From positions 1-43,218 of the forward strand of contig JBFXGD010000012.1 in assembly GCA_050178385.1 (NCBI GenBank): a stretch of DNA of 43,218 nt, read 5' to 3'. The position numbers were made by a program, and so were the translations under genes. Positions 27,198 through 35,529 of this stretch are shown here, in pieces. How positions within the stretch are numbered: position 1 is the stretch's first letter; every line of letters starts with the position of its first letter. The notes beneath the pieces were generated by a model. The model did not search any database. It was not told the origin of the DNA and saw only the letters and a list, made by a program, of their open reading frames with translations. Source of the DNA: Calditrichaceae bacterium. GTDB lineage: Bacteria > Calditrichota > Calditrichia > Calditrichales > JBFXGD01.

Positions 27198-28892
27198 ATG
27201 TTGAAAAAAAATTCACTTCTGCTCTTCCTGCCCTTATTGATTTTTTTGTTTTACGGATGTGCGACACGAGGGAATCCTTCTGGCGGCCCTCTTGATCGGA
27301 CGCCTCCATATATTACCGTAACTTACCCTGATTCAAACGCAACATTGGTAAGCGGTTTGAAGGAGATTTCGATTGAGTTCTCGGAACGGATGAGTGAGGG
27401 AACGTTGGCAAACAGCTTGTTTATCTCACCACCTCTTCAGTACGATATGAACTGGTCAGGCAGCCGCAAATTAAAGCTGATTTTAAAGGATACACTAAAG
27501 TCAGCTCAAACCTATGTCGTTTCAATCGGGACAGACGCGAAAGATGAGCGCGGCAATAAAATGCGGTTAAGCGCGCAATTCGCGTTTTCGACCGGTGCGA
27601 AAATTGATCAGGCTGTAATATCGGGAAAAGTACATGGGTTATCCGGCACGGAGTCGGTTTCCATCTTCGGTTATCGTTTATCAGGCGACTCATTAGTCAT
27701 CTTCGACAAAACAAAACCGGACTATATCTCCCAGACAGGGGAGAATGGTTCATATAAGCTTAATTATCTTGCTGCCGGAACGTACCGGGTTTTGGCAGTG
27801 GAAGACCAGAATAATAATCTTTTGATTGATTCTGATTTTGAAAAAATTGGTATTCCGTACCTTGATGTTGCGCTGGATTCGATGAATCTTTCATTTAAAG
27901 GGTTGGATTTCCGTCTGACAAAAAATGATACGATTAATCCTTTCATAACCGGGGTGAGAGCGGTTTACAATCATCATGTTCAAATTCGCCTGAGTGAACC
28001 GGTGGTGACGCCGGATCTATCTGAAATCACTGTGATTGACAGTTTATCATCAGAGTCATTGGGATTGCTCGGCATATCACAAAATATTGAATCGACTAAT
28101 ATACTGGATTTATTCACGGAGCCCATGGACAGCAGCGCCAGATATCTGCTGACAGCGGCGGCATTCACAGACAGTTTAGGCAATAAGACCGTTTCAGATA
28201 AATATTTTCCTTTTGTTGCCGTGGCTCGTAATGATACAACGCAGTTCCTGATGGTTCTGATGACTCCGGCAGACAGCGCGAAATCGGTCAGACCGGAAGA
28301 TCCCGTTTTTATAGAATTTACAACACCGGTTAACTGGGAATCAGTCAGCAAGCACTTTTCTCTCACAAAAATCTCCGGTGACACAATCAACGGTAGCTGG
28401 AAGATCAATTCACAATATGATGCGGAATTTGTACCCGAAACGCTTCTTGAACCGGATTCAAGTTATCTGGCAGTTTTGAATTCTGGCAGAGTCAGTGATC
28501 TTTGGGGAGAATCTCTTGCGGATTCTGTCCAATCCCATTATTTTACTATCATCTCATCGAAAGAGCTCGGCGAAATATCGGGTAGGGTCAGAACGGTTGG
28601 GGCAGATGGGGTACCGGTGCATTTGCAGTTTGATCTTTTAAAGGGAAGGAATAAAGGGTATTCATTAAAATTAAAAGAAGCCGGTGATTATATGATGAAA
28701 TATTTGCCGGAAGGAAAATATCTGATTAACGCCTATCTCGATGCGGACAGTTCAGATGCCTATTCACCGGGCAAATTATTTCCATTTGAATTTTCTGAAC
28801 CCTTTATTTATAACACTGATACTGTAAAAGTACGAAAGAGATGGGAAACAGGGAGTATCAATATCAGCATACCGAATGGGACTAAATATTGA
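27198..28892 (+). CDS. Ig-like (Big_5/SbsA) domain lipoprotein
   Basis: ATG 27198 after GAGGAG; lipobox FYGC; CA..G.PSGGP.D.TPP N-terminus typical of a conserved FCB lipoprotein family. Confidence 0.75.
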   Translation: MLKKNSLLLFLPLLIFLFYGCATRGNPSGGPLDRTPPYITVTYPDSNATLVSGLKEISIEFSERMSEGTLANSLFISPPLQYDMNWSGSRKLKLILKDTLKSAQTYVVSIGTDAKDERGNKMRLSAQFAFSTGAKIDQAVISGKVHGLSGTESVSIFGYRLSGDSLVIFDKTKPDYISQTGENGSYKLNYLAAGTYRVLAVEDQNNNLLIDSDFEKIGIPYLDVALDSMNLSFKGLDFRLTKNDTINPFITGVRAVYNHHVQIRLSEPVVTPDLSEITVIDSLSSESLGLLGISQNIESTNILDLFTEPMDSSARYLLTAAAFTDSLGNKTVSDKYFPFVAVARNDTTQFLMVLMTPADSAKSVRPEDPVFIEFTTPVNWESVSKHFSLTKISGDTINGSWKINSQYDAEFVPETLLEPDSSYLAVLNSGRVSDLWGESLADSVQSHYFTIISSKELGEISGRVRTVGADGVPVHLQFDLLKGRNKGYSLKLKEAGDYMMKYLPEGKYLINAYLDADSSDAYSPGKLFPFEFSEPFIYNTDTVKVRKRWETGSINISIPNGTKY

Positions 28893-29716
28893 TGGAACGC
28901 TTGATCGAATTTGCAAAAATAGAAGCAACCGGAAATGACTTTATTCTGGTTGATGCGCGGAAATTTTCAATGGATTGGTTTAGCGAATCAATGATACAGT
29001 CTATGTGTCACAGGCACTTCGGAATCGGTGCGGACGGAATTATTTTTTTATCATCTCACCCATCAGAAAAGTATAAGTTCAACTATTATAATTCGGATGG
29101 GAGAGAGGCGGAAATGTGCGCCAATGGAAGCCGCGCCGCGGTTCTGATGGCGTATACCCTCGGGATAATCAGAAAAAATGAACCGTTCAGGTTTGAAGCT
29201 TCGGACGGGCTGCATCAGGCAGAAATGAAATCACCAAAAGATATTTCTGTGGAGGTAATCGTCCGGGACGCGGCTGAACAAATTGAAGAGAATATCTTTA
29301 ATATTCCGGATGATATTAAAACAGCCGGATTCATAAATACCGGAGTGCCTCATCTCGTTCTGAGTGTAAAATCCGATCTGGATAAGATAGATGTTAATAC
29401 AATCGGAATGTATCTCAGAAATCATTCCCGATTTGGCGTTCACGGAACAAATGTAAATTTTGTTAAATGGATCAATACTCACAAATTACAGGTACGTACA
29501 TTTGAGCGTGGGGTGGAATCCGAAACATTGTCATGCGGCACGGGGATGACAGCGAGTGCGATTCTATTCTGGCCGGAACAGAAAAAAACTGATTTTAAAA
29601 TGCAGGTGGAAACAAAAGGCGGATCTGTAAATGTTTTAAAAGAACAGGACAAAATATTTCTGGAAGGACCGGCAAATATAGTATATGTCGGGAGCTATCT
29701 GTTAAAAACGTGGTAG
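28892..29716 (+). CDS. dapF: Diaminopimelate epimerase
   Basis: GNDFI, RHFGIGADG, NSDGREAEMCANG, NTGVPH, NVNFV, RTFERGVESETLSCGTG. Confidence 0.95.
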   Translation: MERLIEFAKIEATGNDFILVDARKFSMDWFSESMIQSMCHRHFGIGADGIIFLSSHPSEKYKFNYYNSDGREAEMCANGSRAAVLMAYTLGIIRKNEPFRFEASDGLHQAEMKSPKDISVEVIVRDAAEQIEENIFNIPDDIKTAGFINTGVPHLVLSVKSDLDKIDVNTIGMYLRNHSRFGVHGTNVNFVKWINTHKLQVRTFERGVESETLSCGTGMTASAILFWPEQKKTDFKMQVETKGGSVNVLKEQDKIFLEGPANIVYVGSYLLKTW

Positions 29717-29799
29717 ATTATAGAGAAAGCACTATAGAAGTCGTGAATCATATCTTTGAAGGATATGATCAATAGAGGTCAATTAGCTTGGAGGCTGGC

Positions 29800-30738
29800 A
29801 TGAAGAAGTTATTCGTTATTGCCCTATTATCTCTTCTGGTATCATCTTGCGCCTGGTTTTCGAAATCATCCGATAAAACAACAAATGAAATGGAAGCAGC
29901 CGAAGAAAGGCGATTGCTTGAAGCGGAAAATTTTGTCGCGGATGGAGTGGCATACCATACGGTGGGAAATGATAGTATGGCGGCAAAATCATGGCAAAAG
30001 GCGCTTGAGATTCTGCCACAGGATGGAGAGATCCATAACTTTTACGGAATTTCACTGCACCGAATGAATCAAATTGATGAAGCATTATCGGAATTTGATA
30101 AAGCCGTTGAGTTAAATCCCGAATATTTTGAGGCATATAATAACCGTGGGTATATGCTGTTCTTAATGAACCGATATGATGAATCGCTCTCCGCATTCCA
30201 TAAATCTCTGGAGATAAACCCTCACTATGAACCGGCAATTCGCAATGTTAAATTAACCGAAAATATTCTGCAGGGTAATTTAAGCCGTAAAGCGTTTGAA
30301 CTTTCTGAGGAAGCGGCGAAAGTGGATGATTATGCCGAGCAGATCAGAAAATATAGAGAAGTACTAAAAATAGATTCAACCTATGCAAAGGCGCATAATA
30401 ATATAGCGGTTGCTTACTACTATGAAGATTTTCCCGACAGCGCCTATTTCCATCTGGAGAAAGCTATCGAATATCAGAAAAACTACTCCGAAGCGATTAA
30501 TAATCTGGGATACCTGTATAAAGTGGATGAAAAATATGATATAGCCATAAAATTATTCCTTAAAGCTCTCACACTAAAACCACGATATATCGGAGCTTTA
30601 AACAATCTTGGAGAAACCTATACGTTAAACAGTGAATTTGAAAATGCAAAAAGGGTTTTCTCTACAGTACTGGATCTGGAACCTGATAATGAAGTTGCCA
30701 AAAAATGGCTTGCGGTGCTTCATGTTAAAGTTGAATAA
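29800..30738 (+). CDS. Tetratricopeptide-repeat lipoprotein
   Basis: Lipobox VSSC; repeated TPR units (EAYNNRG, AHNNIA, AINNLG, ALNNLG); ATG 29800 after GGAGG. Confidence 0.85.
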   Translation: MKKLFVIALLSLLVSSCAWFSKSSDKTTNEMEAAEERRLLEAENFVADGVAYHTVGNDSMAAKSWQKALEILPQDGEIHNFYGISLHRMNQIDEALSEFDKAVELNPEYFEAYNNRGYMLFLMNRYDESLSAFHKSLEINPHYEPAIRNVKLTENILQGNLSRKAFELSEEAAKVDDYAEQIRKYREVLKIDSTYAKAHNNIAVAYYYEDFPDSAYFHLEKAIEYQKNYSEAINNLGYLYKVDEKYDIAIKLFLKALTLKPRYIGALNNLGETYTLNSEFENAKRVFSTVLDLEPDNEVAKKWLAVLHVKVE

Positions 30739-30758
30739 ATGGATAAACAGGAGGATGA

Positions 30759-31841
30759 ATGTATATTGTTCTAATGGCAGGCGGTGTAGGAAGCAGATTT
30801 TGGCCTAAAAGCAGAGAGGCGCACCCAAAACAATTTCTGAAGATTTTTGGTGAAAGGTCTATGCTGCAAATGACTTATGATAGAATTAGGGGAATAACGC
30901 CTGACGATAAAATTCTTGTAATAACAAATATGGACTTTAAAGAACAAGTACATGAACAGCTGCCTGAGATCCCGGTAATGAATATTATAGGTGAGCCTTT
31001 TGGAAGAGGCACCGCCCCATGTATCGGACTGGCGAGCGCGATTATTATGAAGCGCGAGGAGAATGATTCTGAAGTGATGGCGGTGCTTCCGGCTGATCAT
31101 CTTATTGAAAATGTAGATGTCTTTCGGGAAACTCTGCTGCTGGCTGAGGAGCATGCCAAACGCGCGGAGTCTCTAATAACAATAGGAATAAAACCAACCT
31201 ATCCTGAGACCGGGTATGGTTATATACAAAAAAACGCCGAAGCTGTCTCTGATAATCACCATAATATCTATAAAGTCAAAACTTTTGCGGAAAAACCGAA
31301 CAAGGAAACGGCAGATCGCTTTCTCCAAAGTGGGGATTTCCTCTGGAACAGCGGTATGTTCATCTGGACAGTGGGAGCGATCATGCAGGAGTTCGATGAA
31401 CATTTGACTGAATTTGCCGAAAGTGTAAATAAAGTTTGTAAAAAAGTCGATACAAAGCAATTCGATGATGAAATTCTCGACGTCTATTCAAGAATAAAAT
31501 CCATTTCAATTGATTATGGTATTATGGAAGTCGCGAAAAATGTGTGCGTAATTGAAGCGGACTTTAAATGGAATGATGTCGGTTCATGGGAATCGGTACA
31601 TAATATTTCGAAAAAAGATGATAACGGCAATGCAATCGGCGCGGCGGATCATGTATTTCTTGACGCCCGGAATAATTATGTCTCAATGACTAATGATAAG
31701 CTGATAGCGCTTGTGGACGTATCCGATCTGGCGATTGTGGAAACCGATGATGTACTCCTGGTTTGCAGGAAGGATGAATCACAAAGGGTAAAAGATATTG
31801 TGGACGCCTTAAGACGCAGGGATATGACAAAGTATTTATAA
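30759..31841 (+). CDS. manC: Mannose-1-phosphate guanylyltransferase
   Basis: MAGGVGSRFWPKSR..PKQFL, PADHLI, PETGYGYI, FAEKP, WNSGMF, SIDYGIME, WNDVGSW; no PMI cupin domain. Confidence 0.92.
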   Translation: MYIVLMAGGVGSRFWPKSREAHPKQFLKIFGERSMLQMTYDRIRGITPDDKILVITNMDFKEQVHEQLPEIPVMNIIGEPFGRGTAPCIGLASAIIMKREENDSEVMAVLPADHLIENVDVFRETLLLAEEHAKRAESLITIGIKPTYPETGYGYIQKNAEAVSDNHHNIYKVKTFAEKPNKETADRFLQSGDFLWNSGMFIWTVGAIMQEFDEHLTEFAESVNKVCKKVDTKQFDDEILDVYSRIKSISIDYGIMEVAKNVCVIEADFKWNDVGSWESVHNISKKDDNGNAIGAADHVFLDARNNYVSMTNDKLIALVDVSDLAIVETDDVLLVCRKDESQRVKDIVDALRRRDMTKYL

Positions 31842-31850
31842 AATCATCCC

Positions 31851-31880
31851 TTGAAATGGGATCGTTTTTCACTAAATTTG
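31851..31880 (+). promoter_or_regulatory. Putative promoter, TTG-N19-TAnnTTTG type
   Basis: TTG 31851-31853, 19 nt, TAAATTTG 31873-31880. Confidence 0.55.
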
Positions 31881-31947
31881 TATGGATGAAATGACAATAA
31901 ACAATCAATTATTAATTTATTTATAGATAAACAAAACGGTTACTTGT

Positions 31948-32205
31948 TTGATTGAGAACGAAAAAACATTGCAAATTCTTTTAGATTATCTGAACCGCCT
32001 GGGCATCACGGTAAAATATGACCGCGGAAATTTTAAAGGTGGCCTGGTGAGGTATCATGATGATTCCTGCTTCTATCTTAACCGGAAAATTGAAACTTCG
32101 GTAAAAATAAATCTGATTATAGATGAATTGAATCAGATGCAGATAGCGGCTGAAAACATGCCGCCTGAAATCAGGAAAATATTGGTTTTTAAGGAAGGTC
32201 ATTAA
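31948..32205 (+). CDS. Hypothetical small protein
   Basis: 85 aa; LGITVKYDRGNFKGG...FYLNRK resembles a conserved FCB small-protein family; TTG start uncertain. Confidence 0.6.
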   Translation: MIENEKTLQILLDYLNRLGITVKYDRGNFKGGLVRYHDDSCFYLNRKIETSVKINLIIDELNQMQIAAENMPPEIRKILVFKEGH

Positions 32206-32210
32206 TTAAC

Positions 32211-32240
32211 TTGATTCACACCATCAATTAATTATATTTG
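32211..32240 (+). promoter_or_regulatory. Putative promoter, TTG-N19-TAnnTTTG type
   Basis: TTG 32211-32213, 19 nt, TATATTTG 32233-32240. Confidence 0.55.
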
Positions 32241-32255
32241 ATTTGACAATAAAAG

Positions 32256-32606
32256 ATGGAGGAGAAAGTGGATTTTGAAGGAAGAGGATCTGCGCGTATC
32301 GATTCTGAAAACCTGCTTGCCTTTCGATTGTTTGATACTGATGGGCGTGTATTCCATGAAGGCATGGTCAAAACTCTCGATATAAGCCGTACAGGAGTCT
32401 CTATTCAATCTCCGGTTCCCATGGAAAAGGGATTAAGAATCGAATTAACCATTGGAATTGGCGATGATGTGGTCAAAGCCAGGGGGCTGGTCAGGAATCA
32501 GCATGAATTAGATGAAAATACGTTCCAGGTTGGTATTGAATTTGAATTTCTCTCGGAAGATGATTTAAATAAAATGTCAGTCACGTTCCCATCTATACTA
32601 AAGTAA
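32256..32606 (+). CDS. Stand-alone PilZ-domain protein
   Basis: RxxxR (RGSAR), DxSxxG (DISRTG), VGIEF; alternative start GTG 32268 after GGAGG. Confidence 0.85.
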   Translation: MEEKVDFEGRGSARIDSENLLAFRLFDTDGRVFHEGMVKTLDISRTGVSIQSPVPMEKGLRIELTIGIGDDVVKARGLVRNQHELDENTFQVGIEFEFLSEDDLNKMSVTFPSILK

Positions 32607-32609
32607 AGC

Positions 32610-34835
32610 ATGGCGTTCATACGATTTTGTTTTATAATCTGCCTGATATGTTTGACGGTACCGAATCTGAGTGCTCAGCTGGCGATGGAAAATCGAGATA
32701 AAGTCATTTGTGGTGATCCTGTGCTTCCCGATTCGGCAAGGGTTCATGAATATTTTAAAAGGATTGCTTCTGAATCCCCATCCCTTTATAAACAATTTGA
32801 GCTTACAGTAAAATTAACCTATGATATTGGTGAAGAGCGGGTTTTTAACGTTCTGAACCTTGTAAATCCGGATAAAATAAAATTTGATCAGGTCACTGCT
32901 GTTCTAAAAGCAACCAATTCCGGTGTAAATATCTGGGTGGATAAAAACGAATTGTTAAACAATCATGTTACCGATGCGGTCATTCAGAATATTATCAACG
33001 GTCTCACCGTCAGCACTCCTTCCGAAAGCGCGGATCCATCATCGGGTATCGTCGAAATTGAGAAAGATATCTTCGGGAATCCCCCGGATATAGATAAAAA
33101 CAACACAGTGGAATTTCTTCTGGTGGATATCAAAGATGGTTGGGATGGCGAGGGCAGCTATATCGGTGGATTTTTTTATTCACTGGACCAATTGGTAAAT
33201 CAAACTGGTTCAAACAAAGCAGATATGCTATATATTGATACATATCCCGGTATTTTTTATGAAAATGAATACGGGTCATCTTATACTACCCAAAATGCGC
33301 TTGCCACAGTCGCCCATGAATTCCAGCATCTGATTCAATATAATTACGACAAAGATGAAGCAGATTTCATAAATGAAGGCCTGTCAGAGCTAGCCAGCTA
33401 TGTCACCGGGTACGGTTTAAGGAATCCAACTCCGTATTTGATGGATACAGGTGTTAGTCTGAACACCTGGGATAATACATCAAACGATGCCACTCTAAAA
33501 CATTACGCGAAGGTTGCTCTGTGGGATTATTTCCTGTATGAAAAGTATCAGAGCACCTTTATACGCAATCTGGCTCAGGATCCCGGTAACGGCATAACCG
33601 GAATTAGCAGTGCTTTATTAAAAAGCGGGATTTCAGAAAAATTTGATCAGGTACTGGAAGAATTTTTTTTGACACTTGTATCTAATAATCCCGATGTACT
33701 GCCACAGTATAGTTTTAATAAAACGGATCTGCAATACCTTCAGGCAAAGCCCAAAAAACGCGCGGACTACTATCCGGTTGGTTTTGAAATTGAGACAAAA
33801 CCTTATTCGCTGAATTTAGTGTCCTGGACAAACGGGGACACGCTCAAAGTGGATATGAACGGAGCGTTCTTCGGTGATATTTACCTGAATAAATCTGGTA
33901 TGAATCAGTTAACATTCCTGGAAAATGTTTCCGGGTTTCCATTGATAGATCCGGAATTCGGAACATCGCATCACACACAGACGCTGTCCTTTGTGAATAA
34001 TACCGAGAAAACCGCGCGGCTGACCCTGACAGGTGAAGCCCGGGAAAAATATTATATTTCAACCCTTGAATATGGAGGTGAGAAGCCGACTTTTAATATT
34101 TCATCCGAAAATAATATCAACGCGATTCATTTCGCCGCGCCTTATGACTCCACCCTGATAAAATCGATCAGATTTTATAACGGCGCGTCTGTTCCGGTGC
34201 GCCTGCATGTTTATCAACAGGCAATCCGGGCGGGGCAGACACCGCCATCCTATACTGTGACGGTCCCAAACACATATGCCTACGAATGGGTGACGATAGA
34301 TATAGAAGATTTACAGATTTACCGGAATCAGAATGAGTTTCTGGATGTGGGGATCGAATATTTTGATGACGGAAGCATGGGGTATGAAGCGGTAAGTAAT
34401 CGCGCCGGTTATTCATTTATCAAATTTCCCGATCAGCCGTTCCGGATTTTAAGTGATTTCAAAGTGGGTGATAATCTGACTCTTTCCGGGATATGGATGA
34501 TAGAAGTGGACGCGGCGGTTCCCGTCTATCATCGTCCGCAGGGGGATGAAGCAACTAAAATCACTTTTATAAGCGGTTATCCAAACCCATATAATCGGAC
34601 GGCGGCATCGGCAATTACTTTTGAATACGAATATGACGGTCGGGAGCCGGTTAAGTTTGATGTTTTTAATGTTCTGGGACAACGAATTTATTCATATACA
34701 GATGCAGCTCTGACCGGCAGGCTTGAATGGAATGGCACTGACCTGAACGGCGTGTTCGTAGCGTCCGGAACCTATCTAATACGTTTGACGGCGCCGGGAA
34801 ACGCGGTGTTTTCCAAACTGGTGATCATAAAATAA
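32610..34835 (+). CDS. Secreted zinc metallopeptidase (M30/hyicolysin-like gluzincin) with T9SS type A CTD
   Basis: Signal peptide; FGNPPDID, IGGFFY..D, ATVAHEFQHLI...FINEGLSE; GYPNPYN...VFNVLGQ...ASGTYL...KLVIIK. Confidence 0.82.
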   Translation: MAFIRFCFIICLICLTVPNLSAQLAMENRDKVICGDPVLPDSARVHEYFKRIASESPSLYKQFELTVKLTYDIGEERVFNVLNLVNPDKIKFDQVTAVLKATNSGVNIWVDKNELLNNHVTDAVIQNIINGLTVSTPSESADPSSGIVEIEKDIFGNPPDIDKNNTVEFLLVDIKDGWDGEGSYIGGFFYSLDQLVNQTGSNKADMLYIDTYPGIFYENEYGSSYTTQNALATVAHEFQHLIQYNYDKDEADFINEGLSELASYVTGYGLRNPTPYLMDTGVSLNTWDNTSNDATLKHYAKVALWDYFLYEKYQSTFIRNLAQDPGNGITGISSALLKSGISEKFDQVLEEFFLTLVSNNPDVLPQYSFNKTDLQYLQAKPKKRADYYPVGFEIETKPYSLNLVSWTNGDTLKVDMNGAFFGDIYLNKSGMNQLTFLENVSGFPLIDPEFGTSHHTQTLSFVNNTEKTARLTLTGEAREKYYISTLEYGGEKPTFNISSENNINAIHFAAPYDSTLIKSIRFYNGASVPVRLHVYQQAIRAGQTPPSYTVTVPNTYAYEWVTIDIEDLQIYRNQNEFLDVGIEYFDDGSMGYEAVSNRAGYSFIKFPDQPFRILSDFKVGDNLTLSGIWMIEVDAAVPVYHRPQGDEATKITFISGYPNPYNRTAASAITFEYEYDGREPVKFDVFNVLGQRIYSYTDAALTGRLEWNGTDLNGVFVASGTYLIRLTAPGNAVFSKLVIIK

Positions 34836-35014
34836 ATGCGTCTGTTTGGTGGATGTACTATTTGAAAAAGAATTATGATGTATAGATTGGCTGTTGTATA
34901 TTAATACATGCGTTTTATATTGATAAAGTGAAGGCGAAATTACTCAAAAAGATTGCAAATACAATTTTTATACATGTTTAGGCATAAAAAAATAAATAAA
35001 TTTAAGTTTAGGGA

Positions 35015-35044
35015 TTGCATTTTAATCAGGATATTGTAAATTTG
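35015..35044 (+). promoter_or_regulatory. Putative distal promoter, TTG-N19-TAnnTTTG type
   Basis: TTG 35015-35017, 19 nt, TAAATTTG 35037-35044; AT-rich upstream. Confidence 0.5.
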
Positions 35045-35355
35045 TATGGTCTTTCAGCTAAATCCGGGGGAAAAGACAATGTAAGATGTATGGTCGAATG
35101 CTTATATTCAATGTGATACCGGATGAATTATGTTCTTTCAATCTCTACACTTGGATGCGCGCGAAAATTAACAGAAGCGAAACCTGATTCTGCAGCGGTA
35201 TTTTCTCACTCCAGTATTGTAACGAAAAGTTGGTCATAAAATATTGATGGTTCATTAAATTTAGTCTTAGAATTTTATGAGGAAACCATTTATGAAGAAT
35301 TTTTACGGTACGATTATTTCTAAAACCTGCCCAAATGCCCATAAATACAAAACAC

Positions 35356-35397
35356 TTGACAATAAATTGGTTTTTTTTTAAAGTGATGATTATCACA
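35356..35397 (+). promoter_or_regulatory. Proximal promoter of the TBDR operon with overlapping palindromic operator
   Basis: TTGACA 35356-35361, 17-nt spacer, TAAAGT 35379-35384; AGTGA-N6-TCACA 35382-35397. Confidence 0.55.
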
Positions 35398-35529
35398 CAC
35401 ATGTTAAAAGCTTGAAAATTAAGATAAGTAGAATAAAACCAACAGGAGGTGAAATATGACATGATGTGTAACCGCATGCATTGACTATTAATTAGCGCAT
35501 TTAAGTCATTAATTTGTGGAGGTAGTAGG

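Noticed and set aside
35045..35355. Cobalamin, TPP or c-di-GMP riboswitch upstream of the TonB-dependent receptor
   Set aside because: No B12 box, no TPP CTGAGA core and no c-di-GMP-I GGCAAA/GCAAAG pattern seen; an Infernal scan would be decisive
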